Shown here in pieces: positions 40,249 through 51,423 of a stretch of 64,000 bases of DNA. A program made the translations under genes and the position numbers. The first letter of the stretch is position 1. Every line of letters begins with the position of its first letter. This DNA is from the human T2T-CHM13v2.0 reference genome, Homo sapiens: assembly GCF_009914755.1 (NCBI RefSeq), contig NC_060937.1. One strand, 5' to 3'. The notes beneath the pieces are model-generated. The model was not told the origin of the DNA, ran no database searches, and saw only the letters and a list, made by a program, of their open reading frames with translations.

Positions 40249-41112
40249 TGTTAACAAAAGACAAATTAGATCCGTGGAGGCAAAAGAATTTTGTTTTCTA
40301 AAAGAATCTATAGACTGGGAAGACAGAGCCTCCAGTGTAAAACACAAGTGTGGTCCAAAGAGGACTGGGAGAGTAGAAGATTTTATTAGCCCATTCCTGC
40401 TTTGCTATAAAGAAATATCTGAGACTGAGTAATTTATAAAGAGTAGAGGTTTAATTGAATCATGCTTCTGTAGGCTGTACAGGAAGCATGATGCTGGCAT
40501 CTGTTCAGCTTCTGGGGAAGCCTCAGGAAACTTTTACACATGGAAGACGGCAGAGCAGGAGCAGGTGTCCTCATATGGCCAGAGTAGAAGGAAGAGTGGG
40601 GGAGGTGCCACACAATCTTACACAACCAGATTTTGTGAGAACTCCATCAGAACAGCACCGAAGGGGAACATGGCCCCATGATCCAATCACCTGTCACTAC
40701 GCCCCACCTCCAACATTGGGGATTATCATTTGGCATGAGATTTGGGCAGGGACACAAATCCAAACCATGTCAGAAATTATTAAGGCAAAAATTGCAGGGC
40801 AGGGGAGGAACATCAAGGTAGTGTGGATCACAGTGTTGACTGGATGACCTGTAAGCCCCAAATCACCAGTCTGTCTTAATTGTCTGATTCCAGGAAGCTG
40901 GTTGATTGGTGCCAGGTGGTCTGTTGGTGGTCAACTGGGGAATTTCCAGCTGTATTTGTTTTCAGGAACTGTTCATGAAAATAGATTCTGCAATACTTTT
41001 TAAGGACACAGCATGACTGCTCCCTTACTCTGCCATGATCTCTTGGTTCTGCTTTTAACTTTTGAGTCACAGAGAGTCCATCTTGCCTGCCATCTGGGGG
41101 CATCATTTGACA
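40249..41112 (-). mobile_element. ERV1-class solo LTR (family not assigned), split by MSTB
   Basis: TGTTAAC..TTTGACA termini, sequence continuous across the MST insert; no clean TSD. Confidence 0.5.
40382..40772 (-). mobile_element. MSTB-like solo LTR
   Basis: TATTAGCCCATTC..GCTATAAAGAAATATCTGAGACTG..GCATCTGTTCAGCTTCTGGGG..CAAACCATGTCA. Confidence 0.9.
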
Positions 41113-42137
41113 CTTTAGTACTCCCACTACCCCCACCAAAAAACCCTATCTTCTTGGTAACTGATAACTATTTATTTTCAGAGGGACTTAAATTAACTAC
41201 TACTAATTGTTAAAGTCTGAACATGTTTGGAGTTACAAATGTTGGTTTCTCAAATGCCCATTTAATGCACCCAAACTCAGAATAACATTCTGATTTCTCT
41301 ATTCTAAACTCTTAACAAATCTAGAATGTTCTGTTTTTAAGATTCATGTCTCTCTCTTACATGTTTATTTCATTAAAAATATGATTATTCTTTAAGAAAA
41401 AATCTTATTAAGTATATCATTTTTAAAACTGAAAATGTTAAAGTGTAGCAACTTCCACTATAGTGTCACATGACCCTTTTTCAGGTACACAATTTTAAGA
41501 TTATTGGTAGCATGAAATATGAGTTTTTGTGTACAGGATTTGTGAGGAATTTTAATTTTTCTGTCTTATTCATTGGTAGAATAAATGAAACATTAGTCAT
41601 CAAGCTCACTCTTCCAACCCACCCAACTTTTCTCTCTTCTAAACATTTTCAATATAAAGAGAATTGAGATATTTTCCAATATGAGTCATTCCACCTATAA
41701 ATCTTCAACATAATGCAGAAGAGAAAATGTTACTCAGCTTTTCACTGCATAAGGTTTTGCCTGTCAGTTTGCATTAAAACATCTTTCAGGACTATTATTT
41801 GTAGGATGAATTTGCTTTAAAATTGTTGATTGTGGTTATTTTTATACTCTTTGTTTCTTCTATTGAAATGCAAAATACTAAACAGTTTGTTTCAAATGCT
41901 AAGTATTACAGAGATTCATCTCCTTTTCAAGGTAACCATAAAAGGAAAAGAGTGAGAGGGAGAGAATGTAGAAACTCTGCATGATGACCCTTTCAGTTAT
42001 ATGATCTTCATAAATAAATTCACGATTTCACTAAATTTTCCCCCTTGTATTATTAGAATTACTTCATGTACACATACATATACAGCAAGCCTGAGGCAAA
42101 AAAGACCTTCCTCTCTTCTGATTTATTTTTAGGGTCT

Positions 42138-42532
42138 TGTTAAAGAAAAAAAAAGTATTCTGACATCTGAAGGCTGTTGTGATAGGTATCAAGACTGCAA
42201 TAGGAGAGAGAGATTGGGTTCAACTCCAAATACAGAAAAGAACAAGTGGGGATTTTTAGTCAAGGAGTAGGTTAGGGGAGAGGGGTGGTGGTGGAAAATA
42301 CCAGGAGAAATTGTCAAGGGTAGGGAAGATTCTTGCCAAACTTACCAGGATTCATGATGAAGGCAGGTCAGGGTGATCAGATCGAGGGGGCAGATTGTCT
42401 CAAAATTGACTTAGCATGGTTCTTGCTAAAACTGGGATATTTATGTCTGTCAATGATTGGGGGAGGCAAGGTAGAGGGGCCTAGAAGAGGATTTGGAGGA
42501 GCCTGATTTAAGTTTGCTTAAGAAGAGTATCA
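42138..42532 (-). mobile_element. MER31A-like solo LTR
   Basis: TGCAATAGGAGAGAGAGATTGGGTTCAACTCC; TSD GTCT/TTCT. Confidence 0.8.
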
Positions 42533-42618
42533 TTCTAGTCTTTCGATGTGATGATGTTGCTCATCAAATTAAAAACTCTCTAGTGAAATATGAATATTTT
42601 GCTTCTCTCCATAGCTAA

Positions 42619-43218
42619 TTTTGGGGCTCAGAAAATGATATCCCAAAATGAAGGCCTCAGAAGCAAGTTTTTCTCTGACCTCACCCTGCTTTCCTGTCGC
42701 TCACTCTCATTCTCCCCTGAGGCTAGCTGGAGGAACTAGCATGCCTCTTCCCTAAGTCAGGACACAGAAACCAGAAACTTTTTCCCCAAACCAGCCATCA
42801 AACTTAAAAATACTACTCTAACTCAGTCATACCCTGTGCCTTTCTGTGTAGGTCATAAGACCCCCATTCCAGAGAGTGTCCTGCCTCATACCCACAAGGA
42901 AGGAATGCTGCACAGAGGAGAGGAAGAATCTAGACCAGGCCATGCTGGGTTTCTCACTCAGTCTGTTAGGTTAGCATTAGATCATGCCCTTTTAATCCAA
43001 TCGTATTTCCACATGGCTGTCAATACTTTGTTGACCCTGGGCATAAAAATGGACAATTTCCCGTGTATCTTTGTGTTTTGATTCTAAAGGCTCTTGTGTC
43101 ACATAAAACTATGATCAAATAAATTTTATATGCCTTTTCTCCCATTAATCTACCTTTTGTCAGTGATTTTCAGCAAACCTTCAGAGGGTAGATAGAAAGC
43201 TTTTCCTTGGCCCCTACA
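42619..43218 (+). mobile_element. MER39B-like solo LTR
   Basis: TTGGGGCTCAGAAAATGATATCCCAAAATGAAGGCCTCAG..CTTGGCCCCTACA; TSD CTAA on both sides. Confidence 0.85.
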
Positions 43219-44225
43219 CTAAAGATAAACAATAACAAAAACTTTTCAGAAAAATTATATTGGCTTTTTGCTATATCTCTTAATTGAAAAAAAAGATATC
43301 TTTATTTTGTTCTGTTGGTGAAGAAACATTGTTAAAGCTTTGAGTTTCTTACATACTGATATATAAAATATAAACAATTAGTTGAATTTATTTAAATTTT
43401 ATTTTTTGCAAAACCCTTAAAAAATGGTCCAACTGGAAAATCAAGCACATTCTATAATATTCCAGATCACTCTGGATTTGAAAAGAACTTCTGATTGTTA
43501 ACCTCTGACAAATACCAGTTGATCACACCTTCATTTCACTACTATCTCTGCAGAAAGTTAAAATGTTTAAGTTTATTGTTTAACAAAAATCTACTCAGAA
43601 TCCAATATATCTTAAATTGAACATTCTTAGGTGAAATTTGATGTGAAACTGATGTGAGTATAAATCAAGCATAATGTGAATGCATACCTGATTCAAATTT
43701 ATATGATATGTAAGATACATACATATGGATAGATGATAGATTAGATACAAATATAGATAAATATAGATAGATATAGAGACATATCTCTGGAGTAAAGAAC
43801 ATTTTTTAAAGATGTAACATATATTTTATAAGAATAAATTTATTTTAATCAACACCTATTTTAGAAGTATGTGATAATAATAGAAAATATTAGTTGAACT
43901 GCAGTTGACCCTTGAAAACACGAATTGAACTGTGAAAGTCCTCTTACACATGGATTTTCCTCTGCTGCCTCTGAGACAAGACCAATTCCTATTTTTTCTC
44001 CTCCTTCTCAGCGTACTTAACATGAAGACAACTAGGACAAAGACTTTAATCTACTTCCACTTAATGAATAGTAAATATATTTTCCTCATGATTTTCTTAA
44101 TAACATTTCCTTTTCTAGCTTAATTTATTGTTAAAGCACAGTATATAATACAGATAATATACAATTGTGTGTTAATCAACTGATTATGTTATTGGTAAGG
44201 CTTTTGGTCATCAGCAGGCTACTAG

Positions 44226-44940
44226 TGTTACAGTAGGTAGCTAGTCAAACATGAGCAAGGCAGGAGAGGGCTCACCTCCCAAGACACACACACCAGGAAT
44301 GTCAGGTCACCATCAGGTGATGATCAGGCAGCTGTTAAAGGTTTCTCTAAAATAATAACTAGTCGCAGCTGGCACCAGGGAAAGGCATTCTCCCAGTAGA
44401 TAGAACAAATGTGAAACTAGTGATCAGCAGCTTCAAGAAAAGATCTCAGGAGTTGGATGAATGGGCTCAAGCATGCACATAAGAGGCAAAATGGTAGAGT
44501 TTAACTGGTATATGACCTTCTAGGAACATTTGGCCGGTAAGGGAAGAACGCTTCAAGTGAGCATGCATACAATTCCAGAAAACACACTGCACTGGAGTTG
44601 TGCTGGTCTCCCAAGTGCTATCAGCCCACTGTGCATGCAGACAGCCCACACCAAGGAAGGAATCAGGGGAGAAGGGGTGCAACACCCTGGAAGTATGCCA
44701 ACATGTAAAACCCTAAGTCAAAAGCCAAGCAGTGCACTTGTCTTTCAAGTCACCCACTTGGCCCTCTTCCAACTGTACTTCCTTTCATTCCTGCCCTAAA
44801 ACTTTCTAATAAACTTTCACTCCTGCAAAAATCTTGCCTTGGTGTCTCCTTCTGCCTTATGCCCCTTAGTCAACTGATTTCTTCTGAGGAGGCAAGAATT
44901 GAGGTTGCCACAGACCCTTATGAATTCACTGCCAGTAACA
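44226..44940 (+). mobile_element. MER50 solo LTR (ERV1)
   Basis: TGTTACAGTAGGTAGCTAG..GAGGCAAGAATTGAGGTTGC..TAACA; 4-bp TSD CTAG/TTAG. Confidence 0.9.
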
Positions 44941-44944
44941 TTAG

Positions 44945-45354
44945 TGTCAGGCCTCTGAGCCCAAGCTAAGCCATCATATCCCCTGTGACCTCCACGTACA
45001 CATCCAGATGGCCGGTTCCTGCCTTAACTGATGACATTCCACCACAAAAGAAGTGAAAATGGCCTGTTCTTGCCTTAACTGATGACATTGTCTTGTGAAA
45101 TTCCTTCTCCTGGCTCATCCTGGCTCAAAAGCTTCCCTACTGAGCACCTTGTGAGCCCCACTCTGCCCGCCAGAGAACAACCCCCTTTGACTGTAATTTT
45201 CCTTTATCTACCCAAATCCTATAAAACAGCCCCACCCTTATCTCCCTTTGCTGACTCTTTTCAGACTCAGCCCGCCTGCACTCAGGTGAAATAAACAGCC
45301 TTGTGGCTCACACAAAGCCTATTTGGTGGTCTCTTCACACGGATGCGCATGAAA
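44945..45354 (+). promoter_or_regulatory. HERV-H 5' LTR (LTR7, LTR7up-like)
   Basis: TGTCAGGCCTCTGAGCCCAAG..GCGCATGAAA; duplicated GCCTTAACTGATGACATT; ACAAAAGA 45044-45051; TATAAAA 45220-45226; AATAAA 45290-45295. Confidence 0.95.
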
Positions 45355-45356
45355 TT

Positions 45357-45374
45357 TGGTGCTGTGACTCGGAT
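45357..45374 (+). other. Primer-binding site, tRNA-His
   Basis: TGGTGCTGTGACTCGGAT, 17/18 match to TGGTGCCGTGACTCGGAT. Confidence 0.95.
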
Positions 45375-45842
45375 CGGGGGACCTCCCTTGGGAGATCAAT
45401 CCCCTGTACTCCTGCTCTTTGCTCCGTGAGAAAGATCCGCCTATGACCTCAGGTCCTCAGACTGACCAGCCCAAGAAACATCTCACCAATTTCAAATCTC
45501 GTAAGCGGCCTCTTTTTACTCTCTTCTCCAACCTCCCTCACTAACCCTCAACCTTTTTCTCCTTTCAATCTTGGCACCACACTTCAATCTCTCCCTTCTC
45601 TTAATTTCAATTCCTTTCATTTTCTGGTAGAGACAAAGGAGACACGTTTTATCCGTGGACCCAAAACTCCGGCACCGGTCACGGACTTGGCAGGCAGCCT
45701 TCCCTTAGTGTTTAATCATTGCAGGGAGGCCTCTGATTATTCACCCACATTTCAGAGGTGTCAGACCACGCAGGGACACCTGCCTTGGTCCTTCACTCTT
45801 AGCGGCAAGTCCCACTTTTCTAGGGGGAAAGAACCCCCAATG

Positions 45843-45990
45843 CCTTATTTCCGCAACCCAACCTCTGATCTCTGCACCCTGATCCCTTATTTCCACGCCC
45901 CGACCTCTTATCTCTGTGCCCCGATTCCTTATTTCCATGCCCCGACCTCTTATCTCTGTGCCCCAACCCCTTGTTTCTGCACCCCGACCC
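45843..45990 (+). repeat. 42-bp tandem repeat (~3.5 copies) in the HERV-H leader
   Basis: CCTT(A/G)TTTC starts at 45843, 45885, 45927, 45969. Confidence 0.92.
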
Positions 45991-46077
45991 CTTTCCCGCT
46001 TTTCTGGAGGGGAAGAACCCCCGAACCCCTTCCCTCCGTGTCTCTACTCTCTTTTCTCTGGGCTTGCCTCCTTCACT

Positions 46078-47332
46078 ATGGGCAACTTTCCACCCTCCAT
46101 TCCTCTGTCTCCCTTAGCCTGTGCTCTCAAGAACTTAAAACCTCTTCAACTCACACCTGACCTAAAACCTAAATGCCTTATTTTCTTCTGCAATGCCCCC
46201 ATACGAACTCGACAGTGGTTCCAAATAACCAGAAAACGGCACTTTCAATTTTTCCATCCTGCAAGATCTAAATAATTCTTGTCGTAAAATGGGTAAACGG
46301 TCTCTGGTGCCTGACGTCCAGGCATTCTTTTACACATCGGTCCCTCCCTAGTCTCTGTGCCCAATGCAGCTCGTCCCAAATCTTCCTTCTTTCCCTCCCG
46401 CCTGTCCCCTCAGTCCCACCCCAAGTGTCACTGAGTCTTTCTAATCTTCCTTTTCTACAGACACATCTGATCTCTCCCCTCCTCCCCAGGCTGCTCCTCG
46501 CCAGGCTGAGCTAGGTCCCAATTCTTCCTCAGCCTCCGCTCCTCCACCCTATAATCTTTTTATCACCTACACTCCTCACACCCAGTCTGGTTTGCAGTTT
46601 CATTCCGTGACTAACCCTCCCCCACCAGCAATTTCCTCTTAAAAAGGTGGCTGAAGCTAAAGGCATAGTCAAGGTTAACGCTCCTTTTTCTTTATCCGAC
46701 CTCTCCCAAATCAGTTGGAATTTAGGCTCTTTCATCAAATATGAAAAACCCAGCCCAGTTCATGGCTTGTTCGGCAGCAACCCTGAGATGCTTTACGGTC
46801 CTAGACCCTAAAAGGTCAAAAGGCCGTCTTATTCTCAATATACATTTTATTACGCAACCTGCTGCTGACATTAAATAAAACTCCAAAAATTAAATTCCAG
46901 CCCTCAAACCCCACAACAGGACTTAATTAACCTCACCTTCAAGGTGTACAATAATAGAGTAGAGGCAGCCAAGTAGCAACATATTTCTGAGTTGCAATTC
47001 CTTGCCTCCACTGTAAGACAAACCCCAGCCACATCTCCAGCACACAAGAACTTCCAAACGCCTAAACCGCAGTAGCCAGGCATTCCTCCAGAACCGCCTC
47101 CCACAGGAGCTTGCTACAAGTGCCAGAAATCTGGCCACCAGGCCAAGGAATGCCCGCAGCCCAGGATTCCTCCTAAGCCGTGTCCCATCTGTGCAAGACC
47201 CCACTGGAAATCAGATAGAAATCAGACTGTTCAACTCACCTGGCAGCCACTCCCAGAGCCCCTGGAACTCTGGCCCAAGGCTCTCTGACTGACTCCTTCC
47301 CAGATCTTCTCGGTTTAGCGGCTGAAGACTGA
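46078..47332 (+). pseudogene. gag: HERV-H gag remnant
   Basis: ATG GGC AAC start; zinc knuckle CYKCQKSGHQAKEC (47112-47153); second knuckle CPICARPHWKSD broken; GCTGAAGAC-TGA stop. Confidence 0.88.
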
Positions 47333-47745
47333 CGCTGCCTGATCGCCTCAGAAGCCCCGTAGACCATCACGGACGCCGAGCTTTAAGTAACTCTCACAGT
47401 AGAAGGTAAGTCCCTCCCCTTCTTAATCAATACAGAGGCTACCCACTCCATATGACCTTCTTTTCAAGGGCCTGTTTCCCTTGCCTCCATAACTGCTGTA
47501 GGTATGGCTTCTAAACTGCTTAAACTCCCCAACCCTTGTGCCAACTTAGACAATACTCTTTTAAGCACTCCTTTTTAGTTATCCCCACCTGCCCAGTTCC
47601 CTTATTAGGCTGAGACACTTTAACTAAATTATCTGCTTCCCTGACTATTCCCGGACTACAGCTATATCTCATTGTTGCCCTTCTTCCCAATCCAAAGCCT
47701 CCTTTGCCCCCTCCTCTTGTATCCCCCCACCTTAACCCACAAGTA
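47333..47745 (+). pseudogene. pro: HERV-H protease remnant
   Basis: FLINTEATHS at 47420-47449 (the DTGA catalytic motif is lost); CPVPLLG motif; stops. Confidence 0.85.
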
Positions 47746-47748
47746 TAA

Positions 47749-49930
47749 GATACCTCTACTCCCTCCTTGGCAACCGATCATGCACCCCTTACCGTCTCAT
47801 TAAAACCTAATCACCCTTACCCGGCTCAATGCCAATATCCCATCCCACGCCATGCTTTGAAAGGATTAAAGCCTATTATCACTCACCTGCTACAGCATGG
47901 GCTTTTAAAGCCTATAAACTCTCCTTACAATTCCCCCATTTTACCTGTCCTAAAACCAGACAAGCCTTACAAGTTAGTTCAAGATCTATGCCTTATCAAC
48001 CAAATTGTTTGGCCTATCCACCCTGCAGTGCCCAACCTGTACACTCTTTTGTCCTCAACACCTTCCTCCACAACTCACTATTCCATTCTTGATCTTAAAG
48101 ATGCTTTTTTCACTATTCCCCTGCACCCCTTGTCCCAGCCTCTCTTTGCTTTCACCTGGACTGACCCTGACACCCATCAGTCCCAGCAGCTTACCTGGGC
48201 TGTACTGCCGCAAGGTTTCAAAGACAGCCCTCATTACTTCAGCCAAGCTCTTTCTCATGATTTACTTTCTTTCCACCCCTCCACTTCTCACCTTATTCAA
48301 TATATTGATGACCTTCTTCTTTGTAGCCCCTCCTTTGAATCTTCTCAACTAGACACACTTCTGCTCCTTCAGCATTTATTCTCCAAAAGATATCAGGTAT
48401 CCCCCTCCAAAGCTCAAATTTATTCTCCATCCGTTACCTACCTCGGCATAATTCTTCATAAAAACACACGTGCTCTCCCTGCCTGTCGTGTCCGACTAAT
48501 CTCTCAAACCCCAACCCCTTCTACAAAACAACAACTCCTTTCCTTCCTGGGCATGGTTAGATATTTTTGCCTTTAGATACCTAGTTTTGCCATCCTAACA
48601 AAACCATTATATAAACTCACAAAAAGAAACCTAGCTGACCCCATAGATCTTAAATCTTTTCCCCACTCCTCTTTCTGTTCCTTGAAGACAGCTTTAGAGC
48701 CTGCCCCCACCCTAGCTCTCCCTGACTCATCCCAACCCATTTCATTACACACAGCCGAAGTGCAAGGCGGTGCAGTCAGAATTCTTACACAAGGACCAGG
48801 ATTGCGTTCTGTAGCCATTTTGTCCAAACAACTTGACCTTACTGTTTTAGGCTGGCCATCATGTCTCCATGCAGTGGCTGCTGCCGCCTTAATACTTTTA
48901 CAGGCCCTAAAGATCATAAACTATGCTCAACTCACTTTCTACATTTCTCATAACTTCCAAAATCTATTTTCTTCCTCACACCTGACGCATATATTTTCTG
49001 CTCTCCGGCTCCTTCAGCTGTACTCACTCTCTGTTGAGTCTCCCACAATTACCATTGTTCCTGGCCCAGACTTCAATCCGGCCTCCCACATTATTCTGGA
49101 TACCACACCTGACCCTCATGACTGCATCTCTCTGATCCACCTGATGTTCACCCCATTTCCCCACATTTCCTTCTTCCCTGTTTCTCACCCTGATCACACT
49201 TAGTTTATTGATGGCAGTTCCACCAGGCCTAATCGCCACACACCAGCAAAGGCAGGCTATGCTATAGTACAAGCCACTAGCCCGCATCTTAAAACCTCTC
49301 ATTTCCTTTCCATCGTGGAAATCTATCCTCAAGGAAATAACTTCTCAGTGTTCCATCTGCTATTCTACTACTCCTCAAGGATTATTCAGGCCCCCTCCCT
49401 TCCTTACACATCAAGCTCGAGGATTTGCCCCCACCCAGGACTGGCAAATTAGCTTTACTCAACATGCCCCGAGTCAGATAACTAAAATACCTCTTAGTCT
49501 AGGTAGACACTTTCACTGGATAGGTAGAGTCCTTTCCTACAGGGTCTGAGAAGGCTGCCGCAGTCATTTCTTCCCTTCTGTCAGACATAATTCCTCAGTT
49601 TAGCCTTCCCACCTCTATACAGTCTGATAACAGACCAACCTTTATTAGTCAAATCAGCCAAGCATTTTTTCAGGCTCTTAGTATTCAGTGAAACCTTTAT
49701 ATCCCTTACAGTCCTCAGTCTTCAGGAAAGGTAGAACAGACTAATAGTCTTCTAAAAACACACCTCACCAAGCCACCAACTTAAAAAGAACTGGACAATA
49801 CTTTTACCACTTTCCCTTCTCAGAATTCAGGCCTGTCCTTGGAATGCTACAAGGTACAGCCCATTTGAGCTCCTGTATAGACGCTCCTTTTTATTAGGCC
49901 CCAGTCTCATTCCAGACACCAGACCAACTT
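47749..49930 (+). pseudogene. pol: HERV-H pol remnant (RT, partial RNase H, partial integrase)
   Basis: ORF 47767-48576 with LDLKDAFF, LPQGFKDSP, YIDDLL; same frame resumes to 49200; FIDGSS at 49204; IN motifs VDTFTG, QSDN, SGKVE with stops. Confidence 0.95.
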
Positions 49931-50505
49931 GGACCGTGCCCCAAAAAACTTGTCATCCCTATCTTCTGTCTAGTCATACTCCTATTCACTGTTCTCAACT
50001 ACTCATACATGCCCTGCTCTTGTTTACACTGCCAGTTTACACTGTTTCTCCAAGCCATCACAGCTGATATCTCCTGGTGCTATCCCCAAACTGCCACTCT
50101 TAACTCTTAAAGTAAATAAATAATCTTTGCTGGCAAGGCTATGCTGAACCTCCTTAGGCACTCTCTAATTAGATGTCCTGGGTCCTCCCAATTCTTAGTC
50201 CTTTGATACCTGTTTTTCTCCTTCTCTTATGCTGTTTAGTTTTTCAATTCATACAGAACTGTATCCAGGCCATCACCAATAATTCTAAATGACAAATATT
50301 TCTTCTAACAACCCCACAATATCACCCCTTACCACAAAATCTTCCTTCAGCTTAATCTCTCCCACTCTAGGTTCCCACGCCGCCCCTAAATCCTGCTCAA
50401 AGCAGCCCTGAGAAACATCGCCCATTATCTCTCCATACCACCCCCAAAACATTTTCACCTTCCCAACACTTTACCACTGTTTCGTTTTATTTTTCTTATT
50501 AATAT

Positions 50506-50518
50506 AAGAAGACAGGAA
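50506..50518 (+). other. Polypurine tract
   Basis: AAGAAGACAGGAA directly before the 3' LTR. Confidence 0.85.
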
Positions 50519-50930
50519 TGTCAGGCCTCTGAGCCCAAGCTAAGCCATCGTATCCCCTGTGACCTGCACGTACACATCCAGATGGCCGGTTCCTGCCTTA
50601 ACTGATGACATTCCACCACAAAAGAAGTGAAAATGGCCTGTTCCTGCCTTAACTGATGACATTGTCTTGTGAAGTTCCTTCTCCTGGCTCATCCTGGCTC
50701 AAAAGCTCCCCTATTGAGCACCTTGTGACCCCCACTCTGCCCGCCAGAGAACAACCCCCTTTGACTGTAATTTTCCTTTATCTACCCAAATACTATAAAA
50801 GGGCCCCACCCTTATCTCCCTTCGCTGACTCTCTTTTCGGACTCAGCCCACCTGCACCCAGGTGAAATAAACAGCCTTGTTGCTCACACAAAGCCTGTTT
50901 GGTGGTCTCTTCACACGGACGCGCATGAAA
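50519..50930 (+). promoter_or_regulatory. HERV-H 3' LTR (LTR7) with polyA signal AATAAA at 50866-50871
   Basis: Differs from the 5' LTR by 17 substitutions and one 2-bp indel (manual count). Confidence 0.96.
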
Positions 50931-51034
50931 ATTAGTACTTAGGTTTTTGGGAATCAACAGTTGTGCATGAATTATTGACTGCATGGGGGGTAGGTGCCCA
51001 CATTGTTCAAGGGTCAACTGTATATACTAAGCCT

Positions 51035-51185
51035 TGTGTTAAATGTTTTATATTACATTTTATATCAACAATGCTGTGAGCTGCGCTCTATTGTTTTGCG
51101 TTTTATACATTTTGCATAAAGTCAATAAGTGACTTGCCCAAAGATCACATATATGTAGTTAAGTGGCAGAGGTAGTATCCATTCC
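51035..51185 (-). mobile_element. MIR
   Basis: TAAGTGACTTGCCCAAAGATCACA..TAAGTGGCAGAG. Confidence 0.7.
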
Positions 51186-51190
51186 TTCTC

Positions 51191-51422
51191 TGTCAGTCAG
51201 GGTCAACCATAGAAGTAGAGCCAAGAGTTGGCAGGAGTTTCTTCTTCCCTTGAGAAAAACTCAGTTCTGCTTTTAAGGACTTCCAGCTGATTATCCAGGA
51301 TAAGCCCCTTACCTTAGTCAACTTACTAGGGCTTAATTAAATCTGTAAAATATCCCCACAGCAACACCTAGATCAGTGCTTTTTTGAATTAATTGGAACT
51401 GCAGCCTAGTCATGTTGACACT
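51191..51422 (-). mobile_element. MLT2 (ERVL) LTR fragment
   Basis: CACAGCAACACCTAGATCAGTG..GCAGCCTAGTCATGTTGACAC. Confidence 0.7.
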
Positions 51423-51423
51423 T

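Larger units (their letters stand above)
44945..50930 (+). mobile_element. HERV-H provirus, 5,986 bp, common deleted (RTVL-H2-like) form with two LTR7
   Basis: Two LTRs, His PBS, PPT, gag/pro/pol remnants, 5-bp TSD ATTAG (44940-44944 / 50931-50935). Confidence 0.98.
43902..51020 (+). mobile_element. Tigger2a (MER28) DNA transposon split into 43902-44225 and 50931-51020
   Basis: Perfect 15-bp TIRs CAGTTGACCCTTGAA / TTCAAGGGTCAACTG followed by TA; internal sequence continues GGCT(A)TTAG|TACTTAGG across the inserts. Confidence 0.92.

Noticed and set aside
45843-45990. Regularly spaced repeats as a CRISPR-like array (also 3688-3833 and 51568-51620)
   Set aside because: Head-to-tail tandem units with no unique spacers, no cas genes, eukaryotic context
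49940-50505. HERV-H env gene
   Set aside because: Only ~0.55 kb of remnants with no ORF; the standard env deletion
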